From a virus: a DNA stretch of 64,000 nt. This document shows, one piece after another, positions 40,871 through 50,243 of this stretch (positions are counted from its first letter, which is position 1; every line of letters begins with the position of its first letter). The stretch is taken from positions 74,596 to 138,595 of the IMG/VR virus record IMGVR_UViG_3300030109_005647; one strand, 5' to 3'. Made by a program: the position numbers and the translations under genes. Under the pieces are notes generated by a model that was given only the letters and a program-made list of their open reading frames with translations, did no database searches and was not told where the DNA came from.

Positions 40871-41631
40871 TTAACAGCCTCTTTAAATAAGCTCTTATCT
40901 AGATCTTTTAAGTTTAATATTTTTTCTAAAGTGCCATCTAGTTTTACAATTGGATGATCAATTAAGGTCTCTTTAGCGTGTTTCCACATATTTTTTTGAT
41001 TGTGTCTTTTTGAAGAAAAAGCCATGTGTGCAAACTCATCTTCCGTAACTTTTTTTTCTTTTTCTATTCCTGACTTACACCCAGGTATAAAACCGTCGAG
41101 ATAAAAACTAAATCCATATATGGACAAAGATTTTGGTTTAAAGCTAAGTAGGTCATATATTGCTAAGTAACCAGTATTTGGTCTGCTTTTTACTTTCTTA
41201 GCAAGTTTTGTATGAAAGTCATGTGATACGATTCTTACAGGCATAACTGATTGTATCTTTTTTACTGTTTTTTTATTCACCATGTAATGAAATTTTGTTT
41301 TCTTGGAAACACCAGAATAAGACGACTCTGGAGGAGCCACCAAAAAATCAACGCCATATTCATTTTTTAATTCGCTTGCATTTATTTTTCCTGCGTTCTG
41401 CGCTGTTTCAATCAAGCAAGAATATAGAATATCACACTTAACACCTATGTCATTGGGGTATTGTCTGGTTGTTTCTATACTCCTATTGATTCTAACGACT
41501 AAATCATTTTTATCAATCTCATCGCCTAAATTTTTACCCATCATATATTTGGCAGGACCAACAATAGCTATATTCTTATCGCGAACAAGCTCACTGAATT
41601 TAAAATTATTATCTTCGTTTGATATTTTCAT
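40867..41631 (-). CDS. GT29-like (sialyltransferase-type) glycosyltransferase
   Basis: Sialylmotif-L-like IAIVGPA...LGDEIDKNDLVVRIN...DIG.K; motif-S-like PNTGYLAI.DL...LSIYGFSF; late His. Confidence 0.78.
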   Translation of the reverse strand: MKISNEDNNFKFSELVRDKNIAIVGPAKYMMGKNLGDEIDKNDLVVRINRSIETTRQYPNDIGVKCDILYSCLIETAQNAGKINASELKNEYGVDFLVAPPESSYSGVSKKTKFHYMVNKKTVKKIQSVMPVRIVSHDFHTKLAKKVKSRPNTGYLAIYDLLSFKPKSLSIYGFSFYLDGFIPGCKSGIEKEKKVTEDEFAHMAFSSKRHNQKNMWKHAKETLIDHPIVKLDGTLEKILNLKDLDKSLFKEAVN

Positions 41632-42205
41632 TTTTTTTAAAAATTCCAATTTTGTTTTCTACCAATTGTCCAGAAATTAAATTTTCTTTGCCAAAGAAAT
41701 GGTATGCGTATTTACTCTCAATATGTCTACCCATATCATCCATAACACATATGCCACCATCTTTTAATAAATTCCAAGCAGCAAAAATACTTTTCATCCT
41801 ACCAGGACCCTTATAAGGTCTTGGTGGGTTATGACCTAACGGTCCATCTACGAATATCATGTCCCAGTTTTCTGATTTAATGCTTTTTGGTAATGCCATT
41901 TTTAATTTTCTTAAATCAAATCCTATTTTCTCATGGTCTTTTGCCTCTGTGTTGTATTTTACAGTATGTATCTCCAATCCAGATCCGTTGAATTTTGAGA
42001 TCCACTCCTCATCATCTTCTAGGAAAGCTGTACGACCACCCTCATTTATCTTTTGCCAAACAAATGCGTCGTGTCCTAATCCAAAAACTAAAAAGTTACA
42101 GGGAGATAATAAATTTAACTCTTTTGCGACAGCTAAGTACTGATTTGTCGACATCAAACCATAACCTTTTATCTTCATCTGCTTAATTAATTGATTATAA
42201 CTCAT
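41609..42205 (-). CDS. DUF579 polysaccharide O-methyltransferase (plant GXM/IRX15-like)
   Basis: SPCNFLVFGLGHD..W..IN.GGRT.FLEDD..W and LP......WD.I.VDGP.G...PGRM.SIF.A, closely matching recalled plant glucuronoxylan methyltransferase motifs. Confidence 0.8.
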   Translation of the reverse strand: MSYNQLIKQMKIKGYGLMSTNQYLAVAKELNLLSPCNFLVFGLGHDAFVWQKINEGGRTAFLEDDEEWISKFNGSGLEIHTVKYNTEAKDHEKIGFDLRKLKMALPKSIKSENWDMIFVDGPLGHNPPRPYKGPGRMKSIFAAWNLLKDGGICVMDDMGRHIESKYAYHFFGKENLISGQLVENKIGIFKKNENIKRR

Positions 42206-42207
42206 TG

Positions 42208-42951
42208 TTAATATTCCATAAAATTCTTTTTTACTACTTCTAAGGCTTGTTCTAGCGTTTGTATTTCATAAGTACCCTGGTTGATTCTAGTGTCTGCGTG
42301 CATATGATATATTCTAGGGGTTAGGTGCTCTTCGCCAAAAGTGTGATGAAACTTTCTTTGCTTTTCTCTGTTTGCCTTACTTCTAATGTTATATTCTACA
42401 GGAAAAACATAAAATTGAAGACCGTTTTGTATAGCCTCCCACAGTGATACTCTAAAGGATGGTTGATCCCATGGACAATGTTGATAATATTTGTAAAAAT
42501 TTTCTCTCCATTTTTTAAACAAAGTGGTGACTTTATCGCTTTTATTAAACACCATAACACCAGTATTTACCTCAGAAAAAGAATAAGGAATGTCTCCATA
42601 CTCTGGTATGGCTTCTGAATACTTTTTTCTTTTCCTAGCTAGATCATGAGTAGCCGCAAGATCAAAGTTGTCTAATAAATCATACATATCTTCTATATTA
42701 TAATCAATAATCGTATCTGTATCCAGGAACAGTGTTTTTTCATATGGTGACATTATAATATAATCAATTTTAGGTCTAAGATGTTTTGCTCTTATTAAAA
42801 CACACTTATCTACATATTCAGAATCGACTGGTTTATCTACAAATGCCGTAATATGTAACTCTGGATTGTGTTTTTTTACAGATTCTGCAGATATCAACAT
42901 TTCTTTTAAAAAATTTTCTCCAAAAGCAATATACAATACGCCTCTTTTCAT
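42208..42951 (-). CDS. GT-A nucleotide-diphospho-sugar transferase (GT8/GT77-like)
   Basis: SPYEKTLFLDTDT (DxD), NTGVMVF, WDQPSFR, PVEYN, IYH. Confidence 0.82.
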   Translation of the reverse strand: MKRGVLYIAFGENFLKEMLISAESVKKHNPELHITAFVDKPVDSEYVDKCVLIRAKHLRPKIDYIIMSPYEKTLFLDTDTIIDYNIEDMYDLLDNFDLAATHDLARKRKKYSEAIPEYGDIPYSFSEVNTGVMVFNKSDKVTTLFKKWRENFYKYYQHCPWDQPSFRVSLWEAIQNGLQFYVFPVEYNIRSKANREKQRKFHHTFGEEHLTPRIYHMHADTRINQGTYEIQTLEQALEVVKKNFMEY

Positions 42952-43946
42952 TTTTTTATGCTCCTAATGTTAAAATAAAGTCTCTCTGCCCAAGAAATAG
43001 GATTATATAATCTATCAAATTCTTCTTTTGCGTTCTTCGCAACTTTTGTTCTGACTTTTGGGTCTTTATATTTTAATATCCCTTTTATCCAGCTTTGCTT
43101 ATTAAAAGCAATGGTCCCGCATCTTGGGTCTCCCAATATGTGGAAATTACTTGGGGTTAAATCAGTCACTATAGGTATTCCTAGTTGATGAAAAACAAAT
43201 GACCTGCCGGCATTTGATTTATTTTTCATACGAATTACGTGATCAGTAGAGTGCATACCATAATGGTCATTTATTGGAAAGTTATGATTTTTCATATCAA
43301 TGTAAGTTACATTTGGTACAATTCCAACGTCACAAGTCATTAAGTTTTGTTTGATTGTATCCAAGCCCCACTTCTTGATAGCGATATTTTTAATGTTTGG
43401 TCTGCCATATTGCCAATTTATATTCTCGTGAGTCGTGACGACTAATAATTCAATGTCACAAATCTTATCAATATACTCTAAAGCCGATTTTAAATGGGGC
43501 TCGAATTTACTTAGGTGAGGGTAATGCCCGTGATATCCAATTCTTAAGACATCTTTCTCAATATGTTCTTTTTGTTTACAATTTTGGAACATATTTTCTA
43601 TGAGGGGAAATAAAAATACATTTTCATAAGTTGACAAACTATCCATTTCTTCTAATGAGCCAACTATGACAAAATCAATATTTAAATTTTTCTTTTCAGC
43701 AGATAAGTTAATAACGCCAACAGTTCTTTCAGGATATTTTGTTTTTATTTTTGAAGCAGCTTCTGCATCTTCTTTACCACAAATGATAATATCATGATCT
43801 TCAACCCTGCTATTTGGATTGGCTATCTCTGATTGTATCCCTGCTTGTTTAAAATAATTGTTTAAATCGTGAACCCATATTCTATACGAGCCAACATTTA
43901 TGAAAGGTGTGGTGCAATAAAATAATATTTTTTTTTCTTTTGACAT
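42948..43946 (-). CDS. GT-B fold glycosyltransferase
   Basis: GSYRI, LRIGYHG, DVGIVP, KSNAGR...LGIPIV, W...I...R......A C-terminal pattern. Confidence 0.7.
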   Translation of the reverse strand: MSKEKKILFYCTTPFINVGSYRIWVHDLNNYFKQAGIQSEIANPNSRVEDHDIIICGKEDAEAASKIKTKYPERTVGVINLSAEKKNLNIDFVIVGSLEEMDSLSTYENVFLFPLIENMFQNCKQKEHIEKDVLRIGYHGHYPHLSKFEPHLKSALEYIDKICDIELLVVTTHENINWQYGRPNIKNIAIKKWGLDTIKQNLMTCDVGIVPNVTYIDMKNHNFPINDHYGMHSTDHVIRMKNKSNAGRSFVFHQLGIPIVTDLTPSNFHILGDPRCGTIAFNKQSWIKGILKYKDPKVRTKVAKNAKEEFDRLYNPISWAERLYFNIRSIKK

Positions 43947-43950
43947 GATT

Positions 43951-44841
43951 TTATTTTTTAATAAACTCTTTGTATTTATTTGATACTTCTTTCATATCAT
44001 AACTCACTTCATGTATATTTTTAATTTTTTTATCAAAACTAAGGACTGGTGGTTTGTATAATTCAACAGGCTTAAAATCCCAATCTTTTTCCTGTATTAC
44101 AATGGCATCCAAACCAGCTATTTCTTTTGTGCCGCCGGCGGAAGAGCAGATAATTTGGCATCCACTAGCCCTTGCATCAACAACAACATTAGGGCAGTGA
44201 TCAAGCCAAGCTAAATGCAGAAAATATTTTGATCTCTTGTATAAAGAAATTAAGTTAGGTACGGATATCTCTCCAACATAAAATATTCTTTCACTTTTTT
44301 GTATTTTTTTATCTGATTTTCCTGCGATTACTAGGCAATCTTTTTCAGAGGAGTGTTCTAAAAAATATCTAATATTGTCGTCTAATCTTTTATGTGGACG
44401 CCATGATGCGGCGCAAGACCAAACATTTTCGAATTTATCTATTTTTGGATGACTCAGAGGTGTAACAGTTTCAATAAAATCTGTGTCAGCGCCATTGTGG
44501 ATTACAGCAGAATATTCATGCTCTCCGAAATATTCTGTTGTTAGCTTTTTATTAAAATTAGATTGAAATATAACACCGGTGGAATGGTGATATGTTTTTT
44601 CAATATTTTGATTTTGTATTTTATACGGTTGAGATAAATTAAAGTATATCCCATCTAATCTCTGAAAAAGAGGAATTTTGCTTTGAAAATCTCTTGTTTC
44701 TATAAAGCATAGTCTAGCATCGGCGGTAGAGGTTTTGTTAAATGTGACACCATTTTTTTTGCCATATTTAACTAATTTTGATGCGAAATGGTTAGGTCCC
44801 GAAGCGCTTTGAAGGTTTACGTTTTCTAGTTGTATATTCAT
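43951..44841 (-). CDS. GT4-like glycosyltransferase
   Basis: SGP..F, QRLDG, IFQS.F, VIHNGAD, HKRL, DHCPNVVVDARASG..IICSSAGGTKEI. Confidence 0.85.
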   Translation of the reverse strand: MNIQLENVNLQSASGPNHFASKLVKYGKKNGVTFNKTSTADARLCFIETRDFQSKIPLFQRLDGIYFNLSQPYKIQNQNIEKTYHHSTGVIFQSNFNKKLTTEYFGEHEYSAVIHNGADTDFIETVTPLSHPKIDKFENVWSCAASWRPHKRLDDNIRYFLEHSSEKDCLVIAGKSDKKIQKSERIFYVGEISVPNLISLYKRSKYFLHLAWLDHCPNVVVDARASGCQIICSSAGGTKEIAGLDAIVIQEKDWDFKPVELYKPPVLSFDKKIKNIHEVSYDMKEVSNKYKEFIKK

Positions 44842-46457
44842 ATTCTTTTATATGGAGTTTTACTCCTGATTTTGTCTGCCAATTCAGATTGTTTTTTTGC
44901 CTTAATCTTATCTACACTTAAGGGGTTTTGTCTATTGTAAACATAAAGCGCTTCTGGTATATATCGTGATCTCTCTGCAGACATCTCTAATAGTGGCAAC
45001 ATTATAGCTTGATCATAAGTCATTTCGAAATATTTACCGCTCTCTTTAAGATCTTTTTGATCTAACTTTTCCCACAGGCAATATTTAAAAGTTCTAAGAT
45101 GTGATGCTCGCCAACTGTCTTTTCTAAACGAATTATTTTTGATAATCTCCTCTGGGTATTCAGAAGGCTCTACGCCTCTTTGACCGGTTGGGTTATATAT
45201 ATAACTTCCATAAGTTAATAGTGTATCTGTCGTGTATTCATCACTTAACCTAGATAAAACCGCCGTAGATGATAACCAATCATCGCCATCCATCAATATT
45301 ACGATATCCTGTTTTTTTATACTCTTCTCATTTAAGATGTAAGCAATGTTTCCCAAAGCATACTTTTTTTCTTTATTTTGTATTAATTCAAATCGGGTAT
45401 CATCTCTTATCATTTGCTTGATTATATCTGAGGAGTTATCAGTCGACATATCATCAACCAAATAACACTTAAAATTAGTATAACTTTGACGCCTAATACT
45501 GTTTATACATTTGTCAATCCACTTTTCACAATTATAAAAAGGAACAACAAAAATAAATTTATCATTTTCAATATGTGTTTCCTTTGGCTCCGGTAAAGAT
45601 AAATTTTCAAATGCTAATTTTTCTATTTGTGTCCAGAATATTTCTGTTCGTTTTCTCAAATAATATAAAGTGTTTTCTCTTGTTTGGAACCAAGGCTCGT
45701 CTTTGTGTTGAACATTTTCATTTAAAATCAACTCACAGTCCAATAATTTGGCTTCTATTGTCATCCTTGGGCAAGTATCACCAGCATTTGGAAAAAATAT
45801 AATTCCTTTGGAATTTGCTAGCTTTTGTAAAAGTTCCTTATGACTCAAACCCCAAACCAATTCATACTCTAAGTTATTCTCTTCAGCATATGCTTTGGAT
45901 TCGCTTACGCCTTTAATCCAAGAAGGTGAATTTAAAATTAAATATTTATTATTTTTGTTTTTTGTATCTAGAGAACAAATGTAATCCAATGTTTCATTTG
46001 AAAAAACAGAGCTTAAGACTTGACTCCTATCGTTATCTAAAAATGGAAATTTATTTCTATAATGATCAAATTGATTTCTAGACATCCACCAAGCCATCTT
46101 TGCATTGTTTAAAAATATTGAGGTTATTTTTCCTTGACTTGTTAATTCGCAATTACAAGTTTCACCCTCTAATATGTGTTTACCTGGGGATCTATATTTA
46201 CAATATTTATAATCATACTCCAGAACAGAGTAATTTAAATTTTTAGCAGCAAATAAAAGGACTTGTTGCGATGCGTTGGCAAAATTGCCAAAAATCCAAA
46301 AAGCTTTGGTATTTTTTTTCATTAATGAAATTAAGCGTGGATCTGAGGACAGCACCTTATTGCAAGGAAAATAAGATGCTTTAATCAATGCTTCAGTTGT
46401 TAACTCGGCGCCTCCCTCATAATGTTCAACAAATAAATCGGATACAAAAAAAATCAT
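44838..46457 (-). CDS. Bifunctional glycosyltransferase (GT-B N-terminal + GT2 C-terminal)
   Basis: GGAELT, WIKG, DTCPRMTIEAKL (GT-B); VVPFYNCEKWI..CINSI..Q.Y, VDDMSTDNS, MDGDDWL (GT2). Confidence 0.85.
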   Translation of the reverse strand: MIFFVSDLFVEHYEGGAELTTEALIKASYFPCNKVLSSDPRLISLMKKNTKAFWIFGNFANASQQVLLFAAKNLNYSVLEYDYKYCKYRSPGKHILEGETCNCELTSQGKITSIFLNNAKMAWWMSRNQFDHYRNKFPFLDNDRSQVLSSVFSNETLDYICSLDTKNKNNKYLILNSPSWIKGVSESKAYAEENNLEYELVWGLSHKELLQKLANSKGIIFFPNAGDTCPRMTIEAKLLDCELILNENVQHKDEPWFQTRENTLYYLRKRTEIFWTQIEKLAFENLSLPEPKETHIENDKFIFVVPFYNCEKWIDKCINSIRRQSYTNFKCYLVDDMSTDNSSDIIKQMIRDDTRFELIQNKEKKYALGNIAYILNEKSIKKQDIVILMDGDDWLSSTAVLSRLSDEYTTDTLLTYGSYIYNPTGQRGVEPSEYPEEIIKNNSFRKDSWRASHLRTFKYCLWEKLDQKDLKESGKYFEMTYDQAIMLPLLEMSAERSRYIPEALYVYNRQNPLSVDKIKAKKQSELADKIRSKTPYKRI

Positions 46458-47737
46458 GCGTAGTTTGAAATTTTAGAGAATAGATCATCTATTTCTTCAT
46501 CTGAAATACTTTCGACAAAATACTCATCAATAATTTCTTTAAATTTATTAATTTGTTTTTCACTATTAAATTCTTCTAGAATCCAATCTTGAAGTTTTTT
46601 TGCTTGAGATTTAAATCGTCCATAATCTTTATAAACTTCTCTTAGCTTTATTTTACAAGAACCCTGCTGTGGATATGCCCACATAGAGTCTTTCTGTATC
46701 ACTCCATCCCAAACAGCGTCTGGGGGGACCGGCTGAAGGTCATAATCAATTCTAGCAAAATGAGGTTTGTTTTTCTCTCTACCTTTTTTATCTTTTGTCG
46801 GTTTATAGAGAAAATCCAAGTGACCAGACCAATCTGTTGCTAAAACAGGTAATCCACAATATGCAGCCTCAAAAAGTGGTAGACCAAACCCCTCTCCGTG
46901 TGTTAAGCTTATTAACGCATTAATGCTCTTGTGAGAATACAAACAATGCATCTCTTCATCTGTTAGATCACCGTGAAGAAGATAAACTTTACATTCTCTA
47001 TCTTTATACTGTGGTCTAGAAAGAAGTTTTTCTAATTCTTGAGTTACTGCATTTTTATCTAATATACTGCCGCCTCTAACAAATGTTTTAACAACTAGTC
47101 CGACCTCTGGATTGTCTATAAATTCTTCAACAAACCACTTCACCGTCGAGCCTAAATTTTTGCGTGGACCCCACTGTGCGACTGTAAGAAAATTAAATTT
47201 AGTGTTTAAATCTAGATCAAGATCTGAAGTTAAATTATTTAGAATATCTTCTTTTACCGGGTAATGAACAATATCAACTTTTTTAGCACATTTTAATATT
47301 AAAGGTTGATTTGTATTTCTGTCTATTGCCTCGTATATAGTATTTACTAAACCAGCTTTTGAATGCTGAGATATGGTGACTACTCTATCCATCTCATTGC
47401 ACTTTTGTAACCATATCGGTGCTACTTTTGTTGTTTCAATGCCCGCTGTAACTCCAATGTTGATGGGAGCCATTTTTTGCCACTCATTTGGAATTGTAAC
47501 CTGCACGGACATATCATATTGCCCTCTTTCTTGGCTATATAATGCTGTCTTTTTAATAATTTTATCCATCCAGTCTCTTTCTTCTGAATTTTCCCATATC
47601 CAAGAAGATTTGCCCCAGTTAACCGGGAGCAAATAGATGTCTAGACCTTTAATTTCCCTAAGAACGCGCAACACAAAACGACAATGTTCGCCGTATCCAG
47701 TTCGTGTTAATGCTGGTCCTCTTACTAGAACTTTCAT
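46454..47737 (-). CDS. GT4 glycosyltransferase
   Basis: TGYGEHCR, PRKN, THGEGFGLPLFEAAY.GLPV.AT.WSGHLDF; start MKVL at 47737 after GGAGG. Confidence 0.9.
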   Translation of the reverse strand: MKVLVRGPALTRTGYGEHCRFVLRVLREIKGLDIYLLPVNWGKSSWIWENSEERDWMDKIIKKTALYSQERGQYDMSVQVTIPNEWQKMAPINIGVTAGIETTKVAPIWLQKCNEMDRVVTISQHSKAGLVNTIYEAIDRNTNQPLILKCAKKVDIVHYPVKEDILNNLTSDLDLDLNTKFNFLTVAQWGPRKNLGSTVKWFVEEFIDNPEVGLVVKTFVRGGSILDKNAVTQELEKLLSRPQYKDRECKVYLLHGDLTDEEMHCLYSHKSINALISLTHGEGFGLPLFEAAYCGLPVLATDWSGHLDFLYKPTKDKKGREKNKPHFARIDYDLQPVPPDAVWDGVIQKDSMWAYPQQGSCKIKLREVYKDYGRFKSQAKKLQDWILEEFNSEKQINKFKEIIDEYFVESISDEEIDDLFSKISNYA

Positions 47738-49005
47738 TAGGCTACCTCCTTGATGGTCCAACGTTTTGAGTATTTTCTAGTCGACCAAGAGCCTTTCTCT
47801 TCATGTAATTTAGTCATTACATCAACCCAAGTTTTTTTAAAGTTTTCAAAATTATAATTTTCCATAACGTGGGCGCGACCAAGAAGACCGATTTGCTTTC
47901 TCTCTTCTTCAGAAAGGTTGTAAATTTTTTCCATCGCGGCGACCACATCATCACCATTAAGTCGATCCTCATATATCCAAGGAATTTGTTGAGATCCGAT
48001 AACAGCCCTGGATGATGGGTAAAGAGCTACTCCAAATTCTTTTTCATCAGCTTTAATTTGTTCTTGGAGACCTCCTGTCATATTAACAATGATAGGAGTG
48101 CCACAGGAAAGCGATTCTAAAGTTGCCAATCCAAAACCTTCAGCATCAGAGATGTTCACCGTGCAGTCAGATATATTGTACATAAAAGATAATCTCTTTA
48201 AATCAACTTTTTGCTGACTGAACAGGATTTGACCCTCAGTTAGATTTAAATGTTCTATTATGGCTTGCAGATCTTGACCATTCGGGTCTTTTACATCAGT
48301 ATGCATAACTAAACATGCTTTATCGTGACCAACTTTATCTAGAAATTCCTTAAACCAAAAAATTAAAGAACCAGATTGTTTTCGTCGCGCATTTCGATTA
48401 TTCCAAAAGAAAACAAATTTATTGGGATCATAATATTCCCCAAATACTTGTTTTTTAAACTCTTCCAGTTCTTCTTGATTATCAACAGGAGCAAAAATTT
48501 CACTATTAACCGCATGTGGGATGTATTGAGATTCTACACTTGGTGCTACAGTTTTAACAATATCATCTGTCACTTTTGAAATTGTTGCGATAAAATCATT
48601 CGACTCGTAAAGTTGTTTATTATAAGTGGGATAAGGATAATTATCCCAAACATGGTAATAAACCATAGGCATAAGAGGACGGATTTCATTTTCCATTTCC
48701 CACAACCAGCCCCAAAAACGGGGATCAGTCATAAACCAAATAATGTCTGGCTTTTCTTGTCTAATAATCGAGCGGACCATCTCCTGATTGCCGTATCCAT
48801 CAACAGGGAACATAAGCCAATCGTCTCCGTATTGTTCAGTCTTGATTGGGTCATAGTTTGGGTGTTTGATTGCGCCACCAAAAGAACGAATTTGGAACTT
48901 ACCAGTTTTTAATAACGCTTCACAAATATACCTAGTTTGAGTTCCAACGCCACTAGGACTAAGAGGCATATCACTAAGAGTGAAGACCTTAATTTTTTTA
49001 TCCAT
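47737..49005 (-). CDS. GT4 glycosyltransferase
   Basis: SD.P..PSGVG, YIPHAV, NRNARRK, SDAEGFGLATLESLSCGTPII...TGGLQEQ. Confidence 0.9.
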   Translation of the reverse strand: MDKKIKVFTLSDMPLSPSGVGTQTRYICEALLKTGKFQIRSFGGAIKHPNYDPIKTEQYGDDWLMFPVDGYGNQEMVRSIIRQEKPDIIWFMTDPRFWGWLWEMENEIRPLMPMVYYHVWDNYPYPTYNKQLYESNDFIATISKVTDDIVKTVAPSVESQYIPHAVNSEIFAPVDNQEELEEFKKQVFGEYYDPNKFVFFWNNRNARRKQSGSLIFWFKEFLDKVGHDKACLVMHTDVKDPNGQDLQAIIEHLNLTEGQILFSQQKVDLKRLSFMYNISDCTVNISDAEGFGLATLESLSCGTPIIVNMTGGLQEQIKADEKEFGVALYPSSRAVIGSQQIPWIYEDRLNGDDVVAAMEKIYNLSEEERKQIGLLGRAHVMENYNFENFKKTWVDVMTKLHEEKGSWSTRKYSKRWTIKEVA

Positions 49006-49012
49006 TTAAACC

Positions 49013-49813
49013 TCATGAGCAATGCTTTGTCTTGTAGTATTCACACACGCCATATTTGCCGTAGCAGGAAAGTCTATTTTTGACGTGGTTACTTTTATTA
49101 ATATTATATACGGCTTTGTTCAATAGTTTAAGGGCATTGCCTATTTTCTTTTCGCCGTTAGTGACTTTAAATAGTTCAACATTATTTTTATTAGCTGTTC
49201 TTTTCAACAAGGCAAAATGGGTAGTAATATCATTATAATTCTTCTCGTGTTTTTTAGCCCAGAAATGTTTATAAAGGGTAAGCTGATAGGTTATCATTTT
49301 ATCTGATTTTTTACGACTGTCCCAGCCCCAAGAGCAAGTTTTCCAATCAATTATGTGATACTTTTTAGTGTCTGGAGTGTAAACGACAAGATCTATAAAA
49401 CCCTTAAAATTTTTATTTTTATTTTCAATATTTTCATAAAGCTGTTCTTCTACAGAAACCATCTTAAACTTACCAAAATATTTTTTCAGAGCGGGGAGAA
49501 TAAACTTTATAATGTGCTTTCCTTGAGTTCGCATAGAAGCAACAAGTTCCGGTTTAAACTCAATCTTAGGTGTGGACTTTTTTACTTTTTGTAAATTTTT
49601 TACAAACTCTTGTTCAAAAAGTTTCTCTAAACCCTCAGATTTTTTATTTTCGTCGTTATCCTGTACAATTACTTCACAAACAGTGTGAAGAGCAGAACCG
49701 AACGAGGTGTGCTCGTTTCCTTTAAATTGCTTTATCTTGTCAATATAATTTAATTTATGTTTCCAAGCACAACCTGTCCATTCTTTAAGCTCGGAGTAAG
49801 ATATGTGAGACAT
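49013..49813 (-). CDS. PD-(D/E)XK nuclease, Cas4/RecB-like with probable Fe-S cysteines
   Basis: ISYS...C, FGSALH, EEQL, GFIDLV, IIDWKT, QLTLY; C-terminal C..C..C cluster. Confidence 0.85.
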   Translation of the reverse strand: MSHISYSELKEWTGCAWKHKLNYIDKIKQFKGNEHTSFGSALHTVCEVIVQDNDENKKSEGLEKLFEQEFVKNLQKVKKSTPKIEFKPELVASMRTQGKHIIKFILPALKKYFGKFKMVSVEEQLYENIENKNKNFKGFIDLVVYTPDTKKYHIIDWKTCSWGWDSRKKSDKMITYQLTLYKHFWAKKHEKNYNDITTHFALLKRTANKNNVELFKVTNGEKKIGNALKLLNKAVYNINKSNHVKNRLSCYGKYGVCEYYKTKHCS

Positions 49814-50233
49814 TTATTCCTCTGTTGTTTTTCTTTGGGCTCTTTTTCTTCTTGTCGTATTTGCCCTTGGGGTTGCTTTTTTTACCGGGTTTTTCTTTAA
49901 ACCATAAGGTAAAGATTCCTTGAGTTCTGCTTTTGCTTGCTTTTTCACAGGAGTCTCTGTTACGGTTGCGGTTTTATCTATTTTAACATAATTGTTTGAA
50001 ATGTCAATTTGTTTCTTTTCAAAAACATATACCCCTTTTCTTTTACTTTTCGACAAATTTCCACTGCTCTCTGTTGGTAAAAAAATATAATCTCCAAGCG
50101 TAAACTTGGTTTGTATTTTTTTTATTATTATATCTAATTTTACATCTATTTTTTTAGCCCTAGAATCGGAATAGATTTCAATTTCAAAAAATCTTTTGTT
50201 ATCGTTTTTACTTTTTATTTCACTGACGTGCAT
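49814..50233 (-). CDS. Basic hypothetical protein
   Basis: Likely start MHVSE at 50233 after AAGGAG; Lys/Arg-rich tail. Confidence 0.5.
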   Translation of the reverse strand: MHVSEIKSKNDNKRFFEIEIYSDSRAKKIDVKLDIIIKKIQTKFTLGDYIFLPTESSGNLSKSKRKGVYVFEKKQIDISNNYVKIDKTATVTETPVKKQAKAELKESLPYGLKKNPVKKATPRANTTRRKRAQRKTTEE

Positions 50234-50243
50234 ATTGCTCCTT

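Noticed and set aside
40867-42205. Eukaryotic or giant-virus origin of the window, suggested by GT29 and DUF579
   Set aside because: SD sequences, overlapping operonic genes, peptidoglycan hydrolase, lipoproteins and a sigma factor indicate a bacteriophage
31790-49005. Bacterial chromosomal LPS/capsule locus or host contamination
   Set aside because: Continuous and co-oriented with phage sigma and baseplate genes, shares the TATTTA motif, and lacks export genes
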